Shown piece by piece: positions 12,884 through 25,339 of a DNA stretch of 64,000 bases. This DNA is from Mizuhopecten yessoensis (taxonomy: Eukaryota), in assembly GCF_002113885.1 (NCBI RefSeq), contig NW_018408904.1:498034-562033 (forward strand). The letters are read 5' to 3'. The number at the start of each line of letters is the position of its first letter. The stretch's first letter is position 1. Position numbers and translations under genes: made by a program. The notes beneath the pieces were generated by a model. The model was not told the origin of the DNA and searched no databases. It was given only the letters and a program-made list of their open reading frames with translations.

Positions 12884-13401
12884 ACATCTTTATACCACAA
12901 GTCTTTCACAAGGACGTGTATCGCTGTATAATCTTCTCAGATCTCCACCAGTATACAGACGGATGGGCTCACAGAATTAACATTTCCATATCATAGCAAA
13001 GGAAACACCTGTAATTGTTGGTTATAAACATATTTTTAACGAAGGAAAACCAATAAATATTATCCATGTCATTAACACCTATGCAATACTGGAACTTTCC
13101 TTGGGGTCTTTATTTTGTACATCCATTGTACAAAGCTGTTACACCATGCAGAGTGTAAATTACCAGCGGCCAGACTTCCACTGAACAGAACGGACAAATC
13201 ATTCACCAATGTATCCGTGTCATGCAGTTTACATGTACATCTGAAGGTCAACATACCATCCTGTTTGTTATATGTATATCAGAATGTCTGCTGTTTTTTT
13301 CCATACAGTTCTATTTAATAATGAAGACATTCGTATTTATTAATTATTTCTATAAAGGAATTAAATGCTTTAATTCTTTTTAATGTGTTTTGAGTTTTTT
13401 T

Positions 13402-14238
13402 TAGCTCACCTGATCCGCTGTCCGTCCGGCATCAATATTTTACTTTAAACAACTTCTTCTCAATAACCAAAAGGCTTATGATGATGATATTTGGCCAGAA
13501 GCAAACTGGGTTGAAGGGCTACCAAGTTTGTTAAAATAAATGACCTTCACCTATTTTCAAGGTCACAGGCGTCAATGTCTTAAAAAATCTTTAAACAACT
13601 TCTTCTGAATAACTAAGAGACCTAGGATAATGATATTTGGCCAGTAACATGCTAGGATGAATGACTTTTATATATAGTCAAGGTCACAGGGGTCAAATAT
13701 GTTAAAAACTTTTAAACAACTTCTTCTCAATAACCGAAAACCCTAGGATGATGCTATTTGGCCAGTAGCATGCTGTGATGAATGACCTTGACCAGCTTTG
13801 AAGGTCACAGGGGTCAAATGTTTTAAAATCTTCAAACCACTTCTTAATAACCAAAAGGCCCAGGGTACTGATATTGGGCCTGTAGCATGCTAGGATAAAT
13901 GACCTTGACCCACTGTCAAGGTCACTGGGGTCAGATGTCTTAAAATCTTCTAACGACTTCTTCTCAATAACCAAAAGGCTTATGATGATGATATTTGGCC
14001 AGAAGCAAACTGGGTTGAAGGGCTACCAAGTTTGTTCAAATGACTGACCTTGACCCACTTTCAACCTAATGTCCTTGTTCGACATTCAAGGACACAGGCT
14101 TCATGTTTAAATCTTTTAATAGGTTCTTGTGAATCGAACCCTGCTATTCTGCCTGTAGCTGTATTTTAGTCTACTTTTAAGATTACAAGTGTGAGATTAA
14201 TACCAGGTGAGCGATGCAGGACCATTGGGCCTCTTGTT
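13402..14238 (+). mobile_element. Non-autonomous Helentron-associated (HINE/DINE-1-like) element with internal ~110-125-bp tandem repeats
   Basis: 5' TAGCTCACCTG, a short GTCC microsatellite, internal repeats (AAACAACTTCTTCTCAATAACC...TGACCTT...AAGGTCA), 3' CAGGTGAGC inverted repeat, then a palindrome-like AGGACCATTGGGCCT and CTTGTT, in a T-rich site. Confidence 0.75.
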
Positions 14239-16273
14239 TATTTAATGAAAAGATGTTATCTAATCTAATTTTGTCAGTATCTGAAGGATTGTTTAATAAC
14301 TTATCAGGACTTACATAGTAAAAACAATAGTCATTGTAACGGCACCAATGTCATATGTGATTATACTTTCCCCAATATCCGTTTTACTGGCTCCTCTCCA
14401 CATCATCAGTAAAACTCAATTTGCGACAGTATAATCACGATATACCGCCACAAATTTCAAAATACAGTAAGTGTTGTCCCTTTCATATGTATTTTACTGT
14501 TATATGCAGACATTTGAGCTTTGATATTGGCCATAACCATAACCCTGTGTTTGCTTTCATGACAAATTACAACCTAGTAGAAGTCCTAGTTCAAGGGTAC
14601 AGAGTTCTTCAAGAGTTATTAAAAGGAGTAGATTTCTGATGCCTAACCATGACATAAGCACCGGTCAGGTTTTAACAAATCTGAAGACAACATTAAGGTT
14701 AAATGGTTTATTGTCAAAAAGTTAAGACAGGACAGCTGTTGGCGATACAGAAACATACAATCATCAGAAATAGCAAAGTTATAAGAGTACAAATCTGTCA
14801 CACTGCATAAAGTAGGTCAGTTAGAAATAACCAGCTTTTGGTAAACTGTTTTTTCCCAACAAACAACTTTTTCTGACCCAGTTACTCCCATTAAAGAAGA
14901 CCTTGCGTCAGATTCCAATAACCATCGAGCTTTGTCTTGCCTACAAGCTTGGTAACATCAGCAGTGTCAACAAAACATCTACTGTTTTATTCTCTTAAAG
15001 ATGGAATGCATAAGATGTTGATAAGGGAAGACTACCTAATTAATGCCCACATTCGAATTCCATGAGAAATTTTACATTTATATCACAATCATTCTGTTTC
15101 TAGATTTTAAAATTAAGTGATGCCATTTTAGTAGACCATATCTCCAATATATTTTTCTTTTCTTTTTGTTTTTATTTTCACAAATATCTGTTTATCTTTT
15201 TTATTTTCAAAAATGTTTCAAATACCTTTTTATCTCTAGCCAATTTATTGTCATGGAAATTCTCAATTACAACCAACATCAATTGAACTTACAAAATATT
15301 ATTCATTGAAATAATTTCTCAACAAACGCAATAACTTGCCCTATATCATTTAATGATGTACAAAAACAAAAATAGATATGACTCAAGATACATCGGATGA
15401 TTTTACAAATAATCCTGTAGCGTAAATATTCCGAAAGAACTAAAATAATCCTAAAAGTTGCACACCATTGCATGTTGTGAATTACAATTGATACAGTATA
15501 CCTAATTAACTTGTGGTAAATACCCTGGTGTTCTGACAGATACATAAATCATACAAAAGCACTCATTACTGTATGACATCCTACATCTAACCAGAATCAA
15601 TCCAGGTTAAAGGAATTAATAAACTGAACATTATGAATCAATGAAATGAGCAATAGTTTGAATATCGCCTTGATTTGTGTATCACACAGTATTTTAAGGA
15701 CTGACAAATGTCCTCAACACCTCTCGTGATACACTGGTTAAGGTATTCTTCAATAAATATGAGTAGGAAAGAGCTGGTTCACAGTTTCTTCTAATACCCA
15801 GGGGTATGTACATATAGTATTGTACCCCATGCTAACACAAGGTATACCACTCGACAGGCACAAAACAGTAATGATGTAACAGTGAGAATGACCATTCATC
15901 ACTTGTGATAAGCTACTAGATGACAATAAACCCACTCCCTTGTTAAACAGATATTTCCACTGATAAACTCATGCTCAGTACTAAGCCCAATCCAATGTTA
16001 AACAGATTTTACAATCAATGTCAAAAATAGGGTCAAATTTGAGAATAAACCTAGTGCCCATTCTATCTTCTTAAAGAAAGAGGGCCAGAGGTCTTTAGTG
16101 CCCATTCTATCTTCTTAAAGAAAGAGGGCCAGAGGTCTTAACTCAGGTGAAATATCATACATTACATCTTAGATTCCAACTTAAAGTTGACAAAACCATC
16201 TCCGTGACACCTAGTTGAACATCCAAATATGAAGGGGTTTATTTCCCTTTTGTGAATATGGACACATAGTTAT

Positions 16274-17978
16274 AACAAGAGACAGAGAGGGCCTGTATCG
16301 CTCACCTGGATACCTATGCAATCATGGCAAAATATTCTCCAAATGAGATCAAGGGAATATGCCAGACCCCAAGGCCAATCCTTGTAGCATAGCTATATTA
16401 GATTTTTCATGCCCAGCAATTTTATGTATGGTTATGGGGTGGGGATCTCAACTGTTTCCAAGCTTTGACTCAGAAACTAGGTCCCTAGAGTTGTGGCCAG
16501 ACTACAGGATCGATTCTAATATCGTGACTGCATTTGTCTCTTTTTGCCAAGCATTTGTATATATAGTTTTGGGGTGGGGATCTCAACCGTTTCAAAGTTA
16601 TGACCCAGGGGCCAAGTCTGCAAGGGTGGGGCAGACCCTGGGATCAATTCTAATGTCATGACTGCATTCGTCTCTTTATGCCCAACAATTGTATATATAG
16701 TTTTGGGGTGGGGATATTAACCATTTCAAAGTTATGACCCAGGGGTTAAGTCTCCAAGGGTGGGGCAGTCCCCAAGGCCAACCTGGAAGCATATGTGCAA
16801 TCATCTCTTTATACTCAGCAATTGTATATATACGGTTATAGGGTGGGGCTCTCAACTGTTTCCAAGCTGTGACTAAGAAACTAGGTCCCTAGGGGTTCGG
16901 TCAGACCCCAGGGTCTATTCTGATATCATGATTGCATTCGTCTCTTTATGCCCAGCATTTGTATATATAGTTTTGGGGTGGGGATCTCAACCGTTTTAAA
17001 GTTATGGCCCAGGGACTATGTCTCCAAGGGTGGGGCCAGACCCTAGGGACATCCTGGAAGCAAATGTGCATTCTTCTCTTTATACTCAGCAATTGTATAT
17101 ATGGTTATATGGTGGGGATCTCAACCATTTCCAAGTAATACATTTTATTGGCCCCACCCCTTAGCCCGGGGGGTCAGCCCCACCATTTGTACAATTTTGA
17201 ATCCCTGCCTCCCATGAATACTTCCGACCAAATATGATCAATATCCATGGCATAGTTCTGCAGAAGAAGTCATTTATAGCAATATAACCAAATTGCCCCC
17301 TTTTGGCCCCGCCCCTCAGCCCCCTGGGGGGTCAGCCCAACCGTTTGTACAATTTTGAATCTCCACCACCTAGAGATGCTTCCAGTCAAATAAGGTTGAT
17401 ATCCATCACTTAGTTCCAGAGAAGAAGTCACTTAAAGCAGTATAGCCAAATACCCTTTTTGGCCCTGCCCCTCAGCCCCCTGGGGGGTCAGCCACACCAT
17501 TTGTACAATTTTAAATCCCTGCCTCCCAGGAATGCTTTTGATCAAATATGATTGATATCCAGTGCACAGTTCTACAGAAGAAGTCGTTTGTAGCAATATA
17601 GCCAAATTGCCCCCTTTTGGCCCCGCCCCTTAGCCCCCTGGGGAGTCAGCCCCACCATTTGTACAATTTTTAATCACCACCACCTAGGGATGCTTCCAGT
17701 CAAATATGGTTGATATCCACTTCTTAGTTTCAGAGAAGAAGTCGCTTAAAGCAATATGGGCAAATTGACCCCTTTTGGCCCCGCCCCTCAGCCCCCTGGG
17801 GGGTCAGCCCCACCATTTGTACAATTTTGAATCCCCACCACCTAGGAATGCTTCCAGTCAAATTTAGTTTAATTCCAACCAGTGGTTAAGAAGAAGAAGT
17901 CGTTTAAAGAAATTGTTGACGTACGGACGCCACGGTATGGCATAAGCTCACCTTGGTCCTTCGGACCAGGTGAGCTAA
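16274..17978 (-). mobile_element. HINE-like element (different subfamily) with two blocks of internal tandem repeats
   Basis: Begins AACAAGAG...GGCC...CGCTCACCTGG and ends AGCTCACC TTGGTCC TTC GGACCA GGTGAGCTAA. Internal ~120-bp repeats (GGGGTGGGGATCTCAACC) and ~155-bp repeats (CCCCCTGGGGGGTCAGCC). Confidence 0.75.
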
Positions 17979-20181
17979 CTAGGGGCCTATTCGTTTATGT
18001 CTGTTTTTAAATGTAACATTTTTGAGTATAAATCCTGGTGGCTTTGCAAGGCTTTGTTAAGACACGCCTGAAAGGAGCATCAGATTACTGGGTCTGACCT
18101 TATTTCATAAACGAAAAACTCTGGTCCAACCGATTAAACTGTTTGGACCGCGATAAACGAAAAACTCTGGTCCAACCGATTAAACTGTTTGGACCGCGAT
18201 AAACGGCCTAGGTGTCGTACACATACATTTAATGGCAGTTTTATGTACACTGTATCAAGAAAGTTGAAGAGATGTTTACCAGTAAGCAGAATTAAATCCT
18301 TTCAAAAATACTGGAAGCAATTTTTAAGAAAATGTGAAAATATTAAGAAGCCAAGAAAATGAACATAAAATCTAATACGTAAAACCAACGACATACAACA
18401 AGGGGTGATGTTTTATGAAAATCTCAAAAGTTAGAGAATAACCTTTGTTAGCACCGTCAACAACAACTAAGCTTCCCCACCAAATATTCTTTTTTTAACT
18501 AAAAAGTTTTGTAAAGAGTAGGTGAGGACACATTATCAAAGACCCGAGTGATTTCCTGGTGGATGTTCGTACCAGGTTCTAGTTTGATGGTCAAGAACAA
18601 TTACTTGTGTCTTAGCTAAAGGACAATACAATTTCAAAATCAGATAATTCATCTAGAGCTGTAATAACGTTTTATCAAGTTTAGTATATCTTTTCTACGG
18701 TTAGAAAGAAAGTTACGTGCATAACACGCGAGAACATATCCAAAATCGGATGCTATGTTTCAATATCTAGTATCTTCACAGGTTAAATTGCACATAGATA
18801 AACACATAACAAGACACACAATATACAATTGAGATCTCTGTAAGAACCTGAAAAATTAATCAAACACAAAAATAAATTCTTGCCATTGTTTATATAGTCA
18901 ATATACACATATTCATCTTTTTAATTTGATAAGCCCATTGTCAGAATTCTTTCTCCTCCTCCCCATCGGACTCTATTTCATATAGGGTAAAAATGATCAC
19001 CAATTCTATCAAAATCTTGAGCTTAGCACCAACAAAATATTTTATAAAATGAAAAACTTAATTAAATTAAGATTAATAAAAAATGCAATCAAATCTCAAA
19101 AGTAAAGGAAATTAGAGATGAACTAAAAACTTTTATCAATCACTTATGCTGGGGAGAAAGCAGGTGCTATGGAACAAAAGTAAGATTCTCTATGCCTTTA
19201 AAGTTCATTATCTTTAAGACCTATCAAGAACAAAAATAATTCTGATTCTTCAAAAAAGGCTTTTTCTGTCACAAATTGACAATGGAAACTAAATCACCCT
19301 GAAAATTAAGGATTCAATAATAAAGATTTGGTGAGTTAAACAAGAATGTAGTGCAAAATCAAGCGACACATACATATCATGCAAACAATTTTATTTATTT
19401 ACTTCTCAGCAAATTAGACACAGGATTTTAGGAAACAAGGAGGTAGATCTGGTCAACAGAGAAAACTGCACAGGGCACCTCAAGCCAGCTACAGTTAACC
19501 TAGACATCATTACAAAATCACCATGTCAATGTTCACCTGGAAGGCCAAGAAATGTCCACCCCAAACTTGACCTCTGGTGTGTAATTTTACTTTTAGCAGC
19601 AATCCATTTCTATGGCAAAGCTAAATAAGAGCAAAACAAAAAAACAATTCCAAGTTTCCTGAATTTCTTGGTTGAGTTTCCATAAGTAAGGGTGAAATGC
19701 ACAATCAAGTCCCAAATCAAATCCTAATCTCTGACTGTACACGGCATATTGTAATCCACATATTCTCCATGAGGAGAAAAAGATGGACACTGATACTTCA
19801 ATTAGAACCAAATATTGCTGTATCAAATTAAATACACCAAACCACAACACTCCATTCCAGTGTGCTGGTAACAATGTGACTTCTACATACTAATGGAATC
19901 GAGTAAAACATATGACTTGCACATTACAAATAGTTACAAGAATATACTTTAGGGGTTTTGGTAAAGGTACATGTTAATTGGTTAGATATGAACAAAGTAC
20001 TACATATATATAACAAAAAATAATCAGAATACTTTTTTGAACCATTTCCTCTTGTTTTAAACAAAGACTTAATTTTATGTGTAGTTATATTTTAAACATA
20101 AAGACTTAATTTTATGTGTAGTTATGTTTTAAACATAAAGACTGTAAATGTAACACCTATAAGATATGGCATGTTGGTAGT

Positions 20182-20375
20182 TATATTCCGTCTTTGCATA
20201 TTGCAGAGTTATCTTCTCTTGTGAGCAGGTATTGAATGTTTCGTCATTGGTTTGTGAGAGTAACGTCATCAATTTTTGGGAAAACAACGTAATTTTCTCA
20301 CACAAACCAATGACGTAACAATCAATCCCTGCTCACAAGAAAAGATAACTCTGCAATACGCAAAGACGGAATATA
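20182..20375. mobile_element. Hairpin-type MITE (long inverted repeat)
   Basis: Arms of ~78 bp: TATATTCCGTCTTTGCATATTGCAGAGTTATC...CATTGGTTTGTGAGAG and CTCACACAAACCAATGACG...GATAACTCTGCAATACGCAAAGACGGAATATA; TA ends. Confidence 0.8.
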
Positions 20376-20742
20376 TGAACAATTTTTACATAAAAATTAA
20401 CACGATACACATTACTAAAATCCACAATGAAAACTGTCTAAAATGAGCTCTTTGAATTTTTGCCCCTGAACACATAGTTTTTCAAATTATGCAGGTTCAG
20501 TTTACAAAGTTAATAGTGAATCTAAACTGAATGTTAATTTATACTGGTTTTCAGGTTTATATCCAGCTAGGCTAGTTAAAGTTGTACTAAACACAGCATG
20601 GGTCACACAGGAGTGTACTACAGATTATGTACATACAACAGGAGGTTTAAGCATGACAATGCCAATTATAATGTACGAATACTATACATATATGCATGTG
20701 TATTCATATGTTATATACATGGTAAAACGCCCAACCCAAAAC

Positions 20743-20947
20743 GGGGCCGCAGTGGCCAAGTGGTTAAGGCGCCTGACATTCTGCTACCACTAGGCCTCCA
20801 CCACTGGGTCGCAGGTTGGAGGCCTGCGTGGGGCAGTCGCCAGGTATTGACCATAAGTCGGTGGCTTTCCTCCACCACCAAAACCTGGCACGTCCTTAAA
20901 TGACCACAGCTGTTAATAGGACGTAAAACACAAACAAACAAACAAAC
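20743..20947 (+). mobile_element. tRNA-derived SINE with (CAAA)n tail and target-site duplication
   Basis: Head GGGGCCGCAGTGGCCAAGTGGTTAAGGCG (box A), degenerate box B, tail ...TAGGACGTAAAAC(AAAC)n. TSD CCCAAAAC at 20735-20742 and 20948-20955. Confidence 0.85.
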
Positions 20948-21564
20948 CCCAAAACGTTTACAAATGTCTGTTCACACATTTTTTTCACAAAAAAATAAGT
21001 TCTATTTAGTTTTTACAATGACATCCAAAGAAATATTTCTTTTGTTAAATTCATATAATAGAAGCCATATACATTTCAAAAAGAGAATTCTGAGACACTG
21101 GAGTCAATCATTCATTGCTGGACATAATCAAGAATGATACACGCAAACAGATGTAAATAAAGGTCTAAAAGATGGTGACATGACTTACTTTTAGAGGGCA
21201 GTTACATTTCATTCAAAACAATGTCAAATACAAAAGTGGTTACACAGAAGACTAACTAATCTCATTATAAAATATCACTTGCTATAATATCTTTTTCTAA
21301 AACATTGAAAATTAGTCTGTTTGTAGATCACTACGGGTATTAAAGACAAGAGTATTGTCTTTGCTATCATTGTAAAACCGGGATTTATCACAGAATATAT
21401 CACTGGTGCAGAAGATCAATACATGTTTTATATAAAATTTGTAAAAATGTCTCAAAACATTTTGGAAAATATTGAACTGAAATTTTAGCTAAACACACGT
21501 ATTTAAGTTTTTATGTCAGTTTCTAGGTTGGTGGTAGGGAAACTGGCAACAGGATTGGATAGAG

Positions 21565-21998
21565 TATACAATATGTACCTCATGTCTGATAAACAAGCTG
21601 TTCTATACAATATGTACCTCATGTCTGATAAACAAGCTGTTCTATACAATATGTACCTCATGTCTGATAAACAAGCTGTTCTATACAATATGTACCTCAT
21701 GTCTGATAAACAAGCTGTTCTATACAATATGTACCTCATGTCTGATAAACAAGCTGTTCTATACAATATGTACCTCATGTCTGATAAACAAGCTGTTCTA
21801 TACAATATGTACCTCATGTCTGATAAACAAGCTGTTCTATACAATATGTACCTCATGTCTGATAAACAAGCTGTTCTATACAATATGTACCTCATGTCTG
21901 ATAAACAAGCTGTTCTATACAATATGTACCTCATGTCTGATAAACAAGCTGTTCTATACAATATGTACCTCATGTCTGATAAACAAGCTGTTTTATAC
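21565..21998. repeat. 39-bp near-perfect minisatellite, 11 copies, ~0.8-1.2 kb downstream of the eEF2K stop
   Basis: Unit TATACAATATGTACCTCATGTCTGATAAACAAGCTGTTC; explains the ORFs 21503..22000 and 21513..22043. Confidence 0.97.
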
Positions 21999-22539
21999 AT
22001 TCAATATGCTGACTACCTGATCAGTATATCAAGTCCTAACTGATATTGGTGTATTATTTCATACTGTAGTCTTAATGCTAAAGACATCTAAATAAAAGAG
22101 TTTTCCTAATGAAATTCTTTATTAACATGTCGGTCTCAGAACTCAGTTAAAACAATACAAAACCAATAACTGAAAGGATTTATCAATGCTATCCTTGTAC
22201 ACAATGAATGGAACACCACCAATTAAACATACCAAAACCTTCACCAAAGATCTTTTCGTAGAAAATTGTTTTATCATACAACTAATTGACTTACATTAAG
22301 TAACCCTTCACAAATAACTCCACTGATTTAGTGATAGCAGCGTCTCTAATAATACACATGCTACTGTGTATAACAACCACAATGTTACATTGTGCATTCT
22401 GTTCTTCCTATGTTATCCATAGCTTACACATAAAACATTTCAAAACACAGTTACATAACTATACAGATAGACGAAACACTAGAAATCACTTTTCTATCAG
22501 AACTCTTCATGATTTGTTATGCTTAACATCTGTATCTGT

Positions 22540-22836
22540 TCCTTCCTCGGCCTCCGGTACACCTCCTCAGCCAGACTAGTGCCCCTCACTCTTCTTCCTG
22601 TTCAGCCAGACCAACCTTCCTCACTCCTCCTCCTCGACCTCCCCATAGGCCTCCTCTGCCAGACTAGTGCCCCTCACTCTTCTTCCTGTCCAGCCAGACC
22701 AACCTTCCTCACTCCTCCTCGACCTCCCCGTAGGCCTCCTCTGCCAGACTAGTGCCCCTCACTCTTCTTCCTGTCCAGCCAGACCAACCTTCCTCACTCC
22801 TCCTCCTCGACCTCCCCATAGGCCTCCTCTGCCAGA
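22540..22836 (-). repeat. 85-88-bp tandem repeat containing the last eEF2K codons, stop codon and proximal 3'UTR (3 copies plus a degenerate partial copy)
   Basis: Minus-strand unit TCTGGCAGAGGAGGCCTAYGGGGAGGTCGAGGAGGAG(GAG)TGAGGAAGG...CACTAG, boundaries at 22836, 22748, 22663 and 22575. Confidence 0.93.
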
Positions 22837-25308
22837 GCGAAGTATTTATTGGCCAGTCTTCCCTTCATTGCAGCCATTGCTGCTTCTGCAGCCTCATTGT
22901 ATAAGTCCCCTACAATACAGAAGATTTCTATCAATGTTTCATTATATCTGACTTGGCCACTATTGGTGTTGCATTATCTTAGTTATTTATCACCATCATT
23001 ATTAACATCACCATAAACAGTTAGCCTCTTAACACTCTTATAATTTTTAAACTATGCAACTTATATGAACATAACATAGCAAGGAAGATAATGTTCTAAA
23101 AATATCTTTCCGCAACAGCTAGTGTGAAGTATACAGGGTGTATGCACAGAAAACTTTGCATTGTTTACAAGATTGTGATTTGTCCTTATTGACACAATTC
23201 AGCATTTTCCATTTAAAAGAGAGCTAGACAAACTGAAACATTGATCTATGTACCTGCAGTTGATGGATCCTTGTCCAGCCCATGGCCCCCTGTATGGAGC
23301 AGTTCTGCCTTCTTGGCTATGAGGATATGGATAGGGTCCTCCATTGCACAGCTGTACTCGCCTCCTTCATCATGGTTGTCGGTCTCCACAGCCCGTTCAT
23401 ACCAGGACAGTGAATCCTCCCACGATATCGACCTACAACACAACAGGTAACAAGCCCTTGCTCAGTGTGGACATTTTACTTTCCTATCATAAACTATTTA
23501 TTCTGTCTCGGCTTCAATAGGGTAACAGATTGAAAAAGTCAGTGTATACAGGGTTAGGATAACAAATGTGCAACCTCTTATGATGTAGGTTCATCATTAA
23601 TGACCAAGTGAAGTCATAAGAGAGCCAGAAGTCATTCTTCAATGAACAATAATAGTTATTCTTCAAGGAGTAGTCATTCTTCAATGAACAATAAAAGTTA
23701 TTCTTCATGGAGTAATAGAGTTGTTTAATGAGCATTTCAAAATGTCTAACAAAACCGTACCGATCAATATATTACTGTGGATAATTAGTTGATTTGTTTG
23801 TGTACTTCCTTTTGAGCTATATCTGTAGGTTTTATTCACAAATACAATAATTCCCTTATGAGAGGATGTTATTTCAATATTGACATTAAATCAATCTATG
23901 GAATTAATATAATAGTTGCTTAAGATTTAAATTTGTAAATGAGTCTTCTTACGATTTAAAGCAAAAAAAAGTTCTCTGCAAAATGAAGTGATTTGCATTA
24001 TATCTTTACATTATTTTTGTTTCTTTGTATAAATGTACTTCGTAAATAATGCAGACCTTTTTGTGCCAAGGCCATAGCCAGTCTCGAATGCTTTAGCCAT
24101 GTAGATCATGGCTTCCCGGTCCCCAGCCTCAGCGGCCTCCACCATGTAGTCAACTCCTATGTTAAAGTTCTCATCACTCTTCTGTAAAACAAAACAATAA
24201 AAAATTAGATTAGGGAGGAAACTTAATACAAATATAAGACTCAACTAGAACACTGACAGGTCAGTAAGGGCCCTGTCTTGTGGCAATATATCCCCCATAA
24301 TCATCAAGAAGCAATCTGCCCATATAGCTGAGCTTGACGTTTGACATTTGGACTTCAAAAAGAATCGCAAGTTCATTTTACATGTACTATGATGTGAGTC
24401 TTGTTTCCTTCCACCTCCATATTTGCTGGGCTAACAGAAATGTAAATACCGGTGCAATACTCATTTGTTAGCTTTGATTTGTTTTATTTCACCTCCTCCA
24501 TCAAGAGCCAGGGTCAAAGTCAGAGATCCACTATGTCTTTGACCATTGCACCCAAATGACCTTGACCATTAACCCAGTGACCCTGAACTTTGGTCAATTG
24601 ACTTATTCTTTAATTCCGACCAACTTTGCTTCTTGATATCATAACAAAATGTTCATCAGTGACAAATACAAAACTTGACCTTGACCCTTTGGACCCCGTA
24701 ACCTGGACCTAATGTCAGTTGACTCTATGTTAAGTTCTGAACAACATTGCTTCAAAGTGTCATAGCGAAATGTTCACCAGTGAAAAGATACAAAATTTAA
24801 CCTTGACCTTTGACCCAATGACCTTGACCTTCAGTCAGTTGACTCCTTGTTTAATTCTGATCAACTTTGCTTCATCATGTCATAACAAAATGTTCATCAG
24901 TGAAAAGATGCAAAATTTGACCTTGACCTTTGAATATAATGACCTTGACCCTTTGCCTCGACTTTTTACCTCGGCGTGTCTCTTTGTTTAATTCCGAACA
25001 ACTTTGCTTCATAATGTCATAGCGAAATGTTCACCAGTGAAAAGCTACAAAATTTGACCTTGACCCCTGACACGATGACCTTGACTTTTGGTCAGTTGAC
25101 TCCTTGTTTTATTCTGATCAACTTTGCTTCATAATGTCATAACAAAATGTTCATCGGTGAAAAGATGTAAAATTTGACCTTGACCTTTGAACCTAATGAC
25201 CTTGACTTTTTACCTCAATGTGTATTTTTGTGAACTAAACATCTTGACCAAGTTTCATGTACATCGGTCAATAAATACCAAAGTTATCGGCCAGGAACAA
25301 AATTTATG

Positions 25309-25339
<31 letters not shown>

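Noticed and set aside
17980-18212. Possible small TIR element containing a short internal duplication
   Set aside because: The inverted ends are too short and imperfect to call with confidence.
21503-22043. 13-aa repeat proteins on both strands
   Set aside because: Product of a near-perfect 39-bp minisatellite with no synonymous variation or splice context.
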